64,000 nt of DNA. It comes from Cyanophora paradoxa CCMP329 (taxonomy: Eukaryota > Plantae > Glaucophyta). The number at the start of each line of letters is the position of its first letter. Within the stretch, counting starts at the first letter, position 1. The notes beneath the pieces are model-generated. The model ran no database searches, was not told the DNA's origin, and worked only from the letters and a program-made list of their open reading frames with translations. Shown piece by piece: positions 47,379 through 61,574 of the stretch. The translations under genes and the position numbers were made by a program. Location: contig QPMI01000005.1 in the NCBI GenBank assembly GCA_004431415.1, positions 620,001 through 684,000 of the forward strand, given 5' to 3'.

Positions 47379-48822
47379 CTAGACGAAGGCGTCGGGGCCG
47401 ATGGCCGTGGCCCCTCCGACGCGCTCCCGCGAGTCAGGCTCGAACCGCGCCAGCAGCCACTGCGGCGAGAGTCGGGCGGGGTCGCGCCGGGCCGGCCCGG
47501 GGCTGAGGGGGCGCAGGCGCACCTGCACGCCGGGGGCCGCCGCCTCGAGCCGCCGGGCCGCCGCCTCCAGGCCCAGCACCTCCCCGCCCCCGTCCTGCGG
47601 GGCCGGGCGCGTCAGGGCGGGGCGGGCGCTGGGGCGGGGACTCGGGAAGGGGCGCGCCGCGGAGTGGAAGCGGCGCTCGCGGCCGAAGACGGCGGAGAGG
47701 AGGCGCGGGCAGGCGGCGGCGAGGCGCGCCAGCGCCGGGAGGGAGAGGCGGGGGCGGGTCCGGGCCCTCGCCCCCGGGCGCGGCGGCGGAGGAGGCACGG
47801 GCGCGAGAGCTCGAGCCGCTCGAGCCGCCGGCTGCCCGCCGCCAGCGACTCCACCAGCGCGTCCCCCGCCTGCGAGCAAAGGCTAGATCAGATCTAAATA
47901 TTCAGCTTAGATCTTGAGATTCTTTGACGTTCTAGCTTCGATCTTAAGATTCCGTGGGATCGGGGCGGGCCTGGTCGACGCGGAAGAGTTTGGCGACGCG
48001 CAGGCGCGGCATGCGGCGCGCGTCCAGCGCCGCCCCTGCCCCCCCGTCAGGCCCCGGGGGGTACGGGGTACGGGGCCGGGAGGGGGGGGGGGTACGGGGT
48101 ACGGGGCCGGGAGGGGGGTACGGGCGCACCGAGGTCGCCGAGGGCGCCGCTCGCGTTGAGGAGCTCGAGGGCGAGGGGCGGCCCGCGGGGCGGCCGGCGG
48201 CCAGGCGGGGCCGGCGAGGGCCCCACGCGGCGGAAGGCGAGCGAGAGGGACCGCAGCCGCGGGCAGGAGGCGAGGAGGGCCCGCAGCGCCGGCGCCAGGT
48301 CCGCAGAGGCCGCCGCCGGCGCCGACGGGTCGCCGAAGGGGTCGGCGGGGCCGAAGGGGCCGAAGGGCGGCCCGCCGGTGACGCCGGCGGCAGGCGGCAC
48401 GCGTAGCGGTCGAGGGTCAGCTCCTCGAGCCGCGGGCAGCACGCCGCCACCGCCGCCACCGCCCCGGCCCCCGCCCCCGGGCACTGCGATCGAGCGAAGC
48501 GCGAGGTCGGGAGGGGTACGGAGAAGGCGCGGAAGGGGTACGCGCGCACGTCGGTGAGGTCGAGGCGGGTGAGGTGCGGGAGGCGCGCGGCCGCCGCAGC
48601 GACGAACGCGTCCGTCGCCCACGGGCACTGCGGCGGGTGGGGGGTACGATGTCGAAGATCGGGGTGGGGGGGCGAAGCGGGGCGGGGTACGCACGTCCTC
48701 GAGGGCGAGGGACTGGAGCGTCGGGGCAGCGCGGCGGCGGCGGCGGCCTCGGCGCCCGCGGGGCGGCCTCGGCGAAGGGCGCCGGGCACGAGGAGAGGTC
48801 GAGGGAGCGCAGCGGGGCCGGC

Positions 48823-48854
<32 letters not shown>

Positions 48855-50290
48855 CCGGCCGCGTCGAGCCGCCGGTTGAGCCCCGCGTCCAGCAGCGCGA
48901 GCCGCGGGCACCGCCCCAGCAGCGCCGCCAGCCCCGCGCCCCGCAGCAGCCCGCACCGCCGCGCGTGCAGCTCCCGCAGCGCGTACCCCCCCTCCGCGGG
49001 CGTACCCCAGTCCAGGCCCGCGTCCGTCACGTCCGTCCCGGATACGTTCAGCACCTGCGGGGGCACCGGGTCGGAGAGGGGAGGTTACGGGCTGCAGAGG
49101 GGCACGGGACCTGGAGAAGGGGCAGGCCAGTGCCGATGGCGCGGGCGGCTTCGTCGGAGAGGCGGCAGTACGACACGTGCAGCGCCATCAGCGTAGGCAC
49201 CAGCGCCGGGATCCGCGCCAAGTCCTGGGGGTACCGGATCAGGGGCCGGGAGGGTCGCGGCAGGGGCCGGCGGGGCGCACGGCGGGGTCGAGCCCGCGGC
49301 AGCCGGAGAGGACGAGGAGGGAGAGGCGCGGGCAGGCGGCGACGGCCTCCAGCCCCGGCCGCGTCAGCCACCCGCACCGGAAGAGCCTGCGGCCGCGGGC
49401 GGTCTGATGGGGAGAAGGGCGAGAAGGGGTTATGGGCGGACCGTAGCTCGAGCAGCCCGGCGCAGCAGCTGCGGAGGCGGCGTGAGCGGGGCGACGGTGG
49501 GAGGGGCGGGCCGGGCGCGCACCGCTGGAGCATGTACCCCAGGTCCTCGTCCATGATGCAGCGTACCCCGCCGAGATTTAAGGCGCAGAGCGGGGGCCCC
49601 CGGTCCGCCACCGCCCGCAGCCCGAGTCCCGTCACCTCCTTGCTCCTGGGCGGGCGTCGGGGGCGGGCGGGCGGCAGCGCGCTCGCGTTGGAGCGGGGGG
49701 GGCGGACCAGAAAAGGTTCAGGCGCCGCAGCCCCGGGCCGCAGAGCGCCGCGAGGGCGCACACGCCGTCGTCGCCGTGGCTCAGCAGCGCTCACAGCGGG
49801 CCGGGGCGGCGGGGCTGTGGCACGCGCGGGAGCTGCGGGAGAGAGCAGACCGCGATAGGGGTGAATAGCTAACGATCCTCTGCGCCGCGCGCGCTCGCAA
49901 CCGAAGCTTCGCGCAGAGCTGCGGAGCTGCAGCGCGAAAGCGACCCGGATCCGGACGGCCTGCGATGCGGAGTGGCGGCCAGTGAGCGGCCCCGAGCGCA
50001 GCGCCGTGCGCAGCTGCGGCCGCGACGCCGCAGCGTCCGCACAGGGCAGAATGGCTCACCCCGCGGCCGGTCTTCTCCGTGATGTCCTTCTTGACGAAAC
50101 CGAAGGCGCTGTCGAGCATGTCTGGCGCAGATAACAGATGCAAGTCAGCGGAGGCGCCCCGGCAGCGGCGCTGGCGGGTGGCACCGAAGACTTGGCCGAC
50201 AAGCTGCCTCGACGCCACGCGGCTGGGCGCCGCGCTTCTTCGCCACCAGCGCCTTCGTGCTGGAATCGAGCGTCGTCGCGCGTCTCAAGC
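47379..50290 (-). CDS. Cys-containing LRR gene copy C, divergent from NACHT-WD40 C; coding status uncertain
   Basis: Same LRR exons as A, ending GPDAFV* at 47379. 1-bp indels in C-runs and a 5' region like A (no clear upstream ATG). Confidence 0.6.
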
Positions 50291-50688
50291 TCGCTCGGCC
50301 GAAAAAAAGACTCGCGGGGTACAGGCAAAGGCGCGCCGGTCCGGTTTTGCGGTGATGACGGCGCCGAAGCGAAGCGTTGTAGGGGCTACGCTGGTGCGGC
50401 CAGCGGCGGCGGCGCACGTCCGACGCGTTGCAGGCTTGCAGCACGCAGCTTCAGCGAGCGAGCGAGCGAGCGCGAGCAGAGCGAGCAGCGCGCGAGAAGC
50501 CGGCAGCGATCCAGAAGTTGTCAGGCTCGGTCGCGTGCCTGCGGGAGTCGGGAGCGTGTGCGCAGGCCATTTGATCGCTCCCTCCATCGCCGGGCCCGCG
50601 CGCGTACAGCTGCTGAAGCGCTCGATCGTGCGCAGAGTTCTTCCATCGAGGATTTTCGTGCCTTCAACATCCGGCCGCTTCCCCTGCG

Positions 50689-53600
50689 ATGGGCTGCGGG
50701 TGCAGCAAGCCCAAACCGCGCCCAGCTGCAGCTCCAGCCCCAGCCGCAGCTGCACCCGCTGTAGCTCGCGATCCGAAAGAGCTTGCTGCGGCACGATCCA
50801 TCGATCCGAAAGCTGTAGCCTGCGAGTCGGTCTGCGACTCGAACGCCGCGGCCGCGCCAACTGCAGCCGCCCTCGCGGCCGCCGGCGTCTCTAGCGCCGG
50901 CGACCCGAAACCGGTACCTGCGACGGCAGCCTGCGAGTCGGACCGCGACGCCGAAGCCGCACCAGCCTCCCATGCCCCCGCCGACCTGAAAGCCGCGGCC
51001 GCAGCCGCATCGACCCCTGCATGCGCAGCACCCGCGGCCGATAGCTGCAGCGGCTTGAAAGTCGCAGACGCGAGCGCAGCAGCCGCGGCCGCTGCAGAAT
51101 GCGACGCGAAGCCGCAGCCCGTCCACGTCATATCGCTGGATCCGGAGGAGGTGTCCCTCGACATTCCGGACTCGCCTGGCGAGCCCGAGGAGCCGCCGGC
51201 GCCGCTGGGCGCGGGGCCGCCGCTGGAGGAGCTGCGGGCGCTGCAGCTGCGGGAGGCGCGCAGCGTCGCGCAGCTCGCCGCCCTCCTCCGCCTCGTCGCC
51301 GCCGGCGAGGCCGCCGCCCGTCGGATGGACCGCGCCGCGGACGGGCCGGCCGGGCGCGCGCTGCAGCTGCCGGTCGTGCAGGCGGCCGCCGGCGCCAGCG
51401 AGCTGCAGAAGCTCGCCGCCGCGCGGCAGCGGCTGCGGCGGCTCTGCGAGCGCGGTGCGGCGTCCTCGCTCGCGCCCATCCCGCGCACCCGCGCGCCCCG
51501 AGCCTCGCCGCAGCGCTCTCGGCCTTCGCAGAGACGGGCGCGCCGAGCGTGGAGGACCTGGCGGACGTCTGCGGCCTCCTGGCGTCCGCCGACCCGGAGC
51601 TCTGTCGCGAGGCGCGCCGCCCCGAGCCCCCGGCCCGCTCTTAGAAAAGGACCGGCCCCCGTCCGCGCCGCGCCGCGCCTGACTTTGGGCCGGCGCAGCT
51701 GGTGAACGAGCTGATCGGACGGGCGAAGGGGGCGGCGCTGGCGAACAGCGGCGTGCTGGCAGCGCTCGTGGGGGCGCTCGGCTGCCTCCCGCAGGGCGCC
51801 GGCGCCTTCACTTCGGCGGACTGGCGCGTCCTCATCGACTTCTGCTCCGAGCAGGTGCGATACCCCGCCCGATCTGACCTACCCTTCTCGCTTCCCCCCC
51901 CCCCCGCTTCCCTCTCCTCCTGCCCCTCTGCCTTCCCCCTCCGCCTCCGCCCCCCCTTCACCTCCCCACCCCCGTCCCCCGCGGGTTAATGCCGCACCCC
52001 CTTCCTCCATTTCCTATCCCCCTTCCGAACCCCCTCACCCATTCGTTCCCTTCCTATCCCCCTTCCGAACCCCTCACCCATTCGTTCCCTTCCCCCTCAC
52101 CCCCATCCCGCGCGCTCCCCCATGACATACCCTCCCCGTGCTGACCCCTCCCCGCCCTGTACCCCTTCTGCTTCCCCATTTCTCCCCCGCCGCCCCACCC
52201 GATTATTCCCCCCCACCCCCTCCCCCCCCGCCGCTTCCCCCGCCGCTTCCTCCCCGTTACCCGTTACTGGCCTTCCCCTTCCCCCGCCCCGCCGCCCTAT
52301 CCTCCCAAGTCACTCCTCAACCCCGCCCCCCCCCCCCCCTCCACCCCTCCCTGCCCTCCACCCCCCTCTACCCCTCCCCGCTCCTCCTTGTGCAGCCCCC
52401 TCCGCCGTTTCCTCCCCCTCCTTCCCTTCCACCCCCCCCCCCCCACTTTCCCCGCCCCGCCCCGCCGCCCTGTTTTCCCCGCCCCGCCCCCTCCCCCCTC
52501 GTTCCCTACCCCTGCCCCCTACCCTCCCCTTCCCCTCCCTCTCCCTCCCCTCCCTCTCCCCTTCCCCTCCCCTCCCCTTTCTCCCCGCCCTCCGACTGGG
52601 GGCCCCCCCACTAACGCTACCCCCACTATCCAAACCTACCCCCCTCCCTCCCTCCCCCCCCCCGCCTACCTCCTCTCCCCCACTCCCCGCTTCCGCGCCT
52701 ACCCCGCTTCCGCAATCCCCGCCCTCTCCGACGGGGGCGCAGCTGGCGGGGGTGAAGGGGGCGGGGCTGGCGGACCACGACGACCTCGCGCGGCTCGAGC
52801 TCGTCGCCGCCGCCCTCGCCGCCCTCGAGGCCGCCGCCGCCGCCGCCTCCCCTGCCGAAGGCCCGCCCCGGCTCCCTAGCCCAGGCCTCCACTTTGCTTC
52901 GCTGCCGCTGATGGGAGCGCAGTGGAGGCGCGGCGGCTGAGCCACGAGGCGGTCGTAAAGCCGCTGAGCGCGCGGCTGAAGGAGATCGCGAAGCAGGCGG
53001 AGGCGGCGGGGTCGTGGCGGGCAGAGGCGGCGGCCCACCTTGCGCGCGAGGTCCGTCCAGCCCCCGCGCCCGCGCCCCGCCCGAGCGCAGGGCGGCCCAC
53101 AACCGTCATGCGCAGGCCTTGGTGCGCGCAGGCTCCGACTACGACCGCTTTGGCGACGCCGTCCGCCGCGCGAAGGCCGCCGGTGCGCCTCTCCGGCGGC
53201 GCATGTACACTCCTTCCCCGCTGAATGTCCCTCGCGCAGTGCGGGTGCTGGAGAAGCTGTACAGGGCGGGCAAGCTGGTGGCGGAGGGGGTGGCGAGCTT
53301 CGGCGTCACGACCGTCCTCGACGCCATCTTCTGGATCAAGGCCCGCCCCGCCCGCCGAGCCCGAGATCGCCCGCGCTGATTGCCCGCAGGAGAATCGCGG
53401 CGAGGCGCGGGAGGCGCTCCGGGAGATGTGGAACGACGTCCGGACCATCGCGGGGGCCGACAACCCCAAGAAAGCCGAGGCCTGGTCCGCCCGCGCCTCT
53501 CTGCTATCGATTCGAAGCGTTCGCATTTCGAGCCGACGCCGCTTTGCAGGTTTGTGCGGGCGCGGCTGGTGGGGACACTGGCGGAGCGGGGCCGGCTGGA

Positions 53601-56600
53601 GGAGCTGCGGGCGCTGCTGGACGCGCCAGCGATGGCGGAGGTCGCTCGCAGCCGGAAGCTCGCCCTCGCCCTCTGCGCCGCCCTCGTCGCCGTGCGTCCC
53701 GCCTCGCAGCGGCGCAAGGACCCCACGCCGACGCCGTCGCAGGCCGTGGAGCGCGCGGGAGACGGCGGACGCGCCGCGGCCGCCGCGGATTCCGCAGTGA
53801 AGCTGCTCGAGGCGTGCGCGGAGGCGGCGGCGGGGCTCAAGGACGGCGCCGCCTCGCTGCGGGCGGCGGCGGCGGCGCTGGCGCACGTCGCGGCCCTGGA
53901 TATTTCAAGCCCCTCGCCTGCAGCAGCCCTGCAGGCACTCCGCCGGCTGGCGGCTCTGGAGACTGCGCGGGCGGCGGTCGTGGAGGCCGCCGCGCGCTTG
54001 AGCATCGGCCTTGAGACCGGTGGCGGTCCAACGAGACGCCTCAAGCCGGCCGCACGCGTGCGGGGGACGGCACAGCCATCTTCGGGGACCTCGGGGCGGA
54101 GCGCGCTCGTCCTTGCGGCTCTCAAGGCGGAGGAGGAGCGCAACCCCGAGCAGCGGCTGAGCGATGTGCTCTCTGGGGTGCGTCTTGCCGCGGCGCCGAC
54201 GCCCCGGCCCGTTTGCCGTGCGCGGGCTCACAGCAAAGCAGGCGCGGGAGGAGTTGCTCGACCGGTACAGAGAGGAGATGGAGAGCGACCTGTACGTGCC
54301 GGCGCGTGCTGCAGCGGACATCGATGGTCGGCTCGCGGCGGACGAGGGGCGGCGCTTCGATCTCGACGCCGCCCTCGACGCCTTCGCGGCCTCCGGCGCC
54401 GCACCCGGCGGGAGCACAGCCGGCCACCGCGTGCTCCTTCTCACAGGTGAGTCCTCGCACAGTCAACTTACTTTCGTCACTGGAAACTGCACCTATATAC
54501 TTCTCAAATTGACATTGCGCCCGTGGCCGCACAGGTGACTCCGGCTGCAGCAAGACGACGAGCCTGCGGCGGCTGCACAGGCGCCTGCTCGAGCAGTGGC
54601 GCCCGGCCGCGGGCTCTCCGTTTCCTGTCCTCATCTCCCTGCCCGCCGTCACCGTCTCGGAACTGGACCTCGTCGAGGAGCTCGTCGCCAAGGCGGGCCT
54701 GCACGACGGCGACCGCGAGCTGAGGGAGGCGCTGCAGCACAGGTGCGGCGAGCCGAAGGACTGAGTGCTCCGAACCTCTCTTCGTTCCTGACTTCAGACT
54801 CGTTCCCGGCACGGTCGCTAGGGTCAAGCTCCTCGCGCTGCTGGACGGCTTCGACGAGGCGCGTGCACGCTGCGCGCACGTCGCGCTTCGCTCTTGACCG
54901 GCCCCTCTGACCTCGCGCCTCGCAGACGGGGAAGAGCGACGCCCTTCACATCCTGTTCCCGAAGCTCAAGTCGTGGGCCGCCCGCGTCGTCGTCGCCTGC
55001 CGCGCCCAGTACCTCCCGAGCCTCGGCGCCGATCCAAAAGTGCACAGATTCAAATCGAAATATCTGCGTCGCCCCTGGATAAGTGACGATTCGAAACGTT
55101 TGAGCCTGTTTTCGTTGCTGCAGAGCTTTTTCCTGCTGGATTCGATCGGGGCACCCAAGCAAGTCTGCGAGGCGTGGACGTGCCCCTTCAACCGGGACCA
55201 GATCGGAGCGTACGTGGGGCAGTGGCTCGCTGCGAATCCGGACCCCGAGCGCGACTTCGACTGGTACATGAAGCAGATCAACACGATCCTCGGCCTGCTC
55301 GACATCATCCGCACGCCCTTCGTCCTCTCCATCGCCTGCAAGGAGCTCCCGTCCATCGACAAGAAGATGTGCGCTCGTGCTTCGAATCCAAAAGCGACGT
55401 TGCACGCGTGCGATTAATGCTGATTATTCTGCCTATGCGGGTGCAGGCAGGAGAAGCAGAAGGAAGGATCTGTGCGCGTACTGCTGCGCGATGTATACGA
55501 CGCATTCATCGCCGGGTTGTTCAGGCGGGAGGAGGAGAAGCGGGCGGGGCAGGGGCGCTTCAAGCGCTTCGCCGTCAACTGCCGCAATTTCTGCCGGGCT
55601 CTCGCCATTTTGATGGACCAGCAGGTGCGCGATAGCAGCCTGTAGCGCGCACGCGCTAGGGCATTCATATTGGTTTTCGTACCTCTAGCTAATCTTGTAA
55701 CCTTGCAGGCCACGACCGTCTTGACTGTGGATCTGCAGCTTTCGTTCGGCGTGCTGAATCTGAGGAAACGGCACACAGACACCCATGAGACAGAGCCGGA
55801 TCCGACGGCGAAGGCTGCCGCGCTGATCACCGACGAGAAGAACCAGGAGTTCATCAAGGCCTCTCCGCTGAAGACGGTGTCGGAGGGCGACGGCAAAACC
55901 TCGTACAGCTTCGTGCACGCGTCGCTGAAGGAGTACTTCGTCGCCGACAGCATCCTACCGTACCTCGACGCCCACCTCGCGGCCAACCCGTCCGCCGCGG
56001 CCGCTTCCCTGCGTCGCACATCCGCAACGTACGCTTCTGAAACATTGTTCGATGCGAAAAGGGTTCGAGAATCGCCCTCGATTGCGCAGGTGGATGGGGG
56101 GCGGGGCGGATGTCGTGGGCGGGCTCGGCCGCCGGCTGCTGGTGGACGACTCGGCTGTGATGCGGTTCCTCGCTGATCGCGCCCGCTCCGACCCGCCCTT
56201 CGTTGAGGTGCGAACGGAGCGATTGTGTGCGCGTGTTGGCCGTCATTCGATCGGGTTTCGCGTGCAGGCGCTGTGGCAATGCATGAGCAAGTCGGCGCAA
56301 GATGGTTCGCAGAGCGCACTATTTGAAGCCGCCAATGCGATGACCATCTTGAACCACGGTCCGCGATATTCCTGCTTTTGAATCGAAATCGATAATTTTA
56401 TTTTTTGCTCACAATCGCGCAGCCGGCACCTCGTTCGCGGGCAAGGAGCTGCGGGGCATTCGGGTGCCTGGCGCAGACCTGTTCCGGCTGGAGGCCGCGG
56501 GGGCGGACCTGCGCGGGGCGGACCTCAGCGGAGCGCTGCTGGACGAGGCGAACCTCGCGGGGGCCGACCTGCGCGGCGCCGACCTCACCGGCTGCCGCCT

Positions 56601-59600
56601 CAGCGTCAGGCCAACGTGTGAGATGAAATCTGAAGTGCGCAGCGTCGCAGTCGTGCGGGTGCGCGCGCTGTTATGCGATTATTCAGTTGCATCCATCTTT
56701 CTGTGAGCTTTGCTTCCAGGATGGTCGCTCTGTAGTCGCTGGATGCGGGGACGGGGCGGTCTGCTTTATCGATGTCGAGACGAATTGCGAGGTTCGACGT
56801 ATACAGGCGAGCGACCGGCCCGTAAAGTCCTTCGCTTTATCTGCGGTGAGATTGACATTCGAAACTTTATGATCATGAATCCTGCCGTTAATGTATCTAT
56901 ACAATCATGTGTGTGCATCCAGATCCTGCTGCTGACGCGTTGCTCAGGATGGCAAAACACTGGGATGGGGAGGTATGAACACCGTCGTCGAGCTGTGGAA
57001 TCACGAAGATGGGACTCAGCCCCGCATCCTGAAGTTAGAGGGGCACACGGACTGGGTGACCTCAGTGGCTTTCTCGCCGGTGCAAAAACTGCCGTGACCC
57101 GTGCGCGAATCAAAACTCATTCTTGCGATGCGACAGGATGGTGCAACTTTGGCGTCAGGGAGCTACGACACGACTGTGCGGCTCTGGAGCGTGGCGGACG
57201 GGGCGCTTCTCTGCACCCTCAAGGGGCATGAAGACACGGTCTCCTCCGTAGCCTTTTCGCCAGTGCATACTGCATACATTTTTGGAACTTCGATAAGTTT
57301 TGCAAGTTTCTCATAATTGCTCGTCATTTTTTTAGGCCGGCGCAGTGCTGGTGTCTGGAAGCATTGGCGCGACTGCGCGGCTGTGGAGCGTGGCGGAGGG
57401 GACAGAACTGCGGGTCCTCACGCTGCAGGTGTCTATAACGGCGGCGGCTTTCTCGTCGGTGCGGCAGCTTAGAACTTCGCCTCTGCCAGAGAGCACCGGA
57501 TGCTCGATCACGAGCTCATGGTTAAGTTGGGGGCCGAGCAGGATGGACGAACGTTGGCGTTTGGCTGTAGAAACGGCAGTGTCCAGCTCTGGAGCGCTGC
57601 AAATGGAGCACTCCTCTTCTCGCTCGAGGGGCACACAGCCTCTATCTCTTCTGTGGCATTCTCGCCGGTGCGCCCAGTTCGTAGTCTACATGTACATGCA
57701 CAACTGAGAGCTATATCGCTCTCTTGACGCCGCTCCTGCACAATTGCAAATGTTAACATATCCACATGCAGGATAGCGCGACCCTGGCATCCGGGAGTTC
57801 CGACAAAACCTTGCGGCTGTGGAGAGTTGCAGATGGGACACTTCTGCGCGCCCTCAGCGGACATAAAGAAAGCGTGAAGTCCGTGGCATTCTCGCCGGTG
57901 AGACGCGCACAGTGTCAGCGAATTGTCGGGTGGCCGTGCATACTGTTAACGTGGCTCTTTGCTCATGTCACCAATGCTTGCAGGATGGAAGATCGCTCAC
58001 GTCTGGCGGCGATGACAAGACCGTACGGTTCTGGAGTATGCACGCGGCGGATGGCCACGCGGCGCTGCTCCGCGTCTCTGAGGGGCACAGAAGTCTAGTG
58101 AAGTCGTTGGCATTCACATCGGTGCGTAAACATGTACATACCCATGCAGATCTAGAAGGCAATTTAATGGGCTTATCTCGTGCTGTGCTAAATCTCAGCA
58201 GGACGCCAAAGAGCTGGTGTCGTATGGAAGATCTATTAGAGGTTCAGACGAGACCGTACGGATCTGGAGTGTCCCAGATGGGACTTCGCTCAACGTGGTT
58301 GAGCCCATGTCCGGGAGACACACGGATGAGAAGATCTGTGCTGCTTCACTTTTCCCAGTGCGAGCCATCCGAGTTCAAAATATGTCATCCAGTATAGTCA
58401 TATATATACATATTTAAATCATCATCTATAATCATAAGTACAGTCTATATAGCTAGCTGTCTTTCGTTTGCATCTATAATATTAATCATAAGTACGTGTA
58501 CAGTCTAGCTGTCTTTCGTTTGTGCTTACGCGGCCGAGTTGCACGTGGGCAGGACGGCAAGAGTCTGGCGTTGGGGACGTCACGAGGCAACGTGCGGCTG
58601 TGTAGCGCAGTGGACGGAGCACTACAATGTATCTTTTCGGGACACAATAAAATGATTGTGTCAGTAGCTTTTTCCCCGGTGCGGCCCGCAGAGAATCTTT
58701 GGAAGATGTGAACAAGACTTCAGCTTTCTCCTGATGCAGATGCAAAACTTGTGTACCGGTGATGCTTATGATTTCATGCTGCGCAGGATGGCAACATGTT
58801 GGCCTCTGGAAGCAGAGACAAAACCGTGCGGCTTTGGAATGCAGTCGACCAGGTATTGCTTCGAGTCTTGGAGGGACATGTGCTTGAAGTCACTTCTTTG
58901 GCGTTCTCGTCGGTGAGCGGGTTGCTTTTCGCGATCTGACATCTAGAACACATGCTCACGAGAAGGCCACGGGTAGGACTGCACGATGCTTGTGTCAGGA
59001 AGCTCGGACAAGACGTTGCGACTGTGGAGCGTGGCTGACGGGGCAGCGCTCGGCATTTTCAAGGGACACACGAGCTACATTTATTCGGTGGCTTTCTCGC
59101 CTGTGCGCAAGCGTTTAGTGCTTGTGCACAAGCCTTTAGACTCGAAATGTGATACGGGCTGCGGTGGATGCAGGATGGTAAAATCCTGGCATCGGGCAGT
59201 CACGACCGAACCGTGCGAATGTGGAGCGTTGCTAAGAAAGAAGTGCTTCACGTCCTTGAAGACGATACTGGAATCGTCATGGCAGTGGCATTCTCGCAGG
59301 TGCGAGCGGCTGCGTTTCTAACTATATGCCCTAGCTATAGCTAGAGCTCGAGGCTCACAAATCCTCTGGATCGGAGCCCTGTACCTGGTGCAAGCAGACG
59401 CGCTTCTAGCTATATAGATTTATATTTTTTTGGACCTTCGGATTCTATATTCATCGCTTATTCGAGCGAGACGGCAGGATAGCGAAACGCTGGCGTCGGG
59501 CGGCGCGGACGGCGCCGTGCGGCTGTGGGGCGTGGCGAGCGGGGCACACCTCCGCGTCCTCAGGGGGCACACGGATATAGTTTCTGCTGTGGCTTTCGCT

Positions 59601-60182
59601 CCGGTGAGAGCTGTCTGGGGGAAAACTTTTAATTTAGCTGTAGGGGTCAGGCTGAGTAATATTATATATGAGGCTAGCGAACCCCAGCTCACATTTTACA
59701 TTTACATAGCTAAGCGCACCCCAGTTCATCATTTTATACTTGCAATGCTAATTATAAGCGTTTGAATCCGATCCGAACAGGATGGCAAGACGCTGGCATC
59801 CGGCAGCCACGACGAGTCCATCCGACTCTGGAGCGTGGCGGGTGGGGCCCCTGTCAGCATCCGCCGCCTTGGGGCTGCGATGCCCTTCGACCCTCACGGG
59901 GCTATCGTGCGCGCCACTTTGTACCTTGCTTCGATGCTGCTTCCAATATTTTTCCCCTGCCCTGAACCTCTGCAGGCGGACACGGCGACGCAGGCGCACG
60001 AATTGCTGCGGCGCGTGTTCGCTCAGGGTGGCGGTGTGGGGTGGCTTCTGGATCCCACCGCGACATCCACGCCGCCAACGTCGTCGATATCGATGCCTGC
60101 ATCGGCGCCCGGATGCACGGGCGACGACACGCCAGAAGGCGCGCAGGAGAGCAACCCGTGCTTCGCCGCAGCGCTTACATAG
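50689..60182 (+). CDS. NLR-like STAND protein copy C: N-acylation motif, ARM-like, NACHT, pentapeptide, 14x WD40
   Basis: Same motif series and exon structure. Walker A exon junction at 54447/54535, [12 protein letters not shown] at ~55903, WD40 exons 56720-60182. Confidence 0.92.
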
Positions 60183-61574
60183 TAGACTCCAGCCCCAATT
60201 TGCAATCTCTTATATATATAATTATGATCGATATGAAATCAACACATGTACATATCTCGAGGGTTCCGAGCTCTGGCCCATATGCAGGATCCTGCGCCGC
60301 AGGATCCTGCAGCCCTGCAGGCGCCCCTCTAGATCTGGACCGCCGGGGCCGTGCGGCCACGGGCGGCGAGCCAGCGCAGGTACACCATCTCGCTCGCTGT
60401 CAGAACGCAGCGCTAGCGTTTGGTATGATCACGACACCTCGGACTGCAAAGCTCAACAGAGTGGGGATGGGGGAAGGGGGAAAGGAGGGGGGGGGGGGGG
60501 GGGGGGGGGGGGGAAGGCTGGGGTGACCTTGTGTATGCATAGGGGCAGGGGGGCGCCGGGGCAGGGGGCGGGGGGGCAGGGGGCAGGGGGGCATATATAG
60601 GGAGAGAGGAGCAGGGGGCAGGGGGCGCTGCCCCTGCCGCCCCGTCACGAGTCAGGCCCTTCACTTAACGAGCCGGGAAGGGATTACTAAAGCCGGCGGG
60701 CGCCGGGGCGGGCAGTCGAACTGCAAACGACGGCGAACGACAGGTCGAGCACGAGGACCAGTCATAAAACTGACGCTAGTATCAACACTACGATCAGAAT
60801 TCGAACCAGACTGAACTAAACTAGAAGACGGAGAACGCTGGCGCCGGAGGGATACAACCGGCTTTGGGCCATGCATATGGCCAGCGGCGATATTTTTATT
60901 TATAGCATACGTATCTTTAATTTGATCATGAGTTCTAGATTTGCAGAATGTCAAGGGGGTGGATTAGCTCTAGTTCACCCCATCTTCTGGCGTTTGGGAC
61001 CTCAGGAAGGAAGCGGGACCTCAGGGAATGCATATGGGGGGAAATCAAGAAGCGTCGAGTCGAGAGGGGCGGCGTCAATTTTTATACAGTATCTTTGAGT
61101 TCTGCACTGCAGCAGAGTGGCCCAGTGGCCCAGTGACATGTTGGCAGCTCGGGCTCCACGGAAGTCACTGAGTCCCTGTCACTACATGTTCGTGTTTGTT
61201 CATGATCATCGGTTGCTGTTGCAATTGCTTGTTCAAGCAGCCGCAACAGCCGCGGCCAATTAAATTTCACAGCTGCAGCTCTGTTCAAGGTTGCTTGTTC
61301 AAGCACTGCCAGGCTGATCATGATCAGGTCTACGTAATTCTCAATATCGACCGACTCGGATTTGATCAATATCTCATTTCACAATTCGATCAATTTTTAC
61401 AGCTGCAGCTCTGTTGCTTGTTCAAGCACTAGCACTGCCAGGCTGATCAGGTCTAGGTAATTATACTCAATATCGATCGACTCGGATTTGATTGATATCT
61501 CATTTCACAATTCGAACACAAGGAGCCATGGCCATGGCCATGACCAGCGACACCCTCAGATCTCCTAGGCTAGG

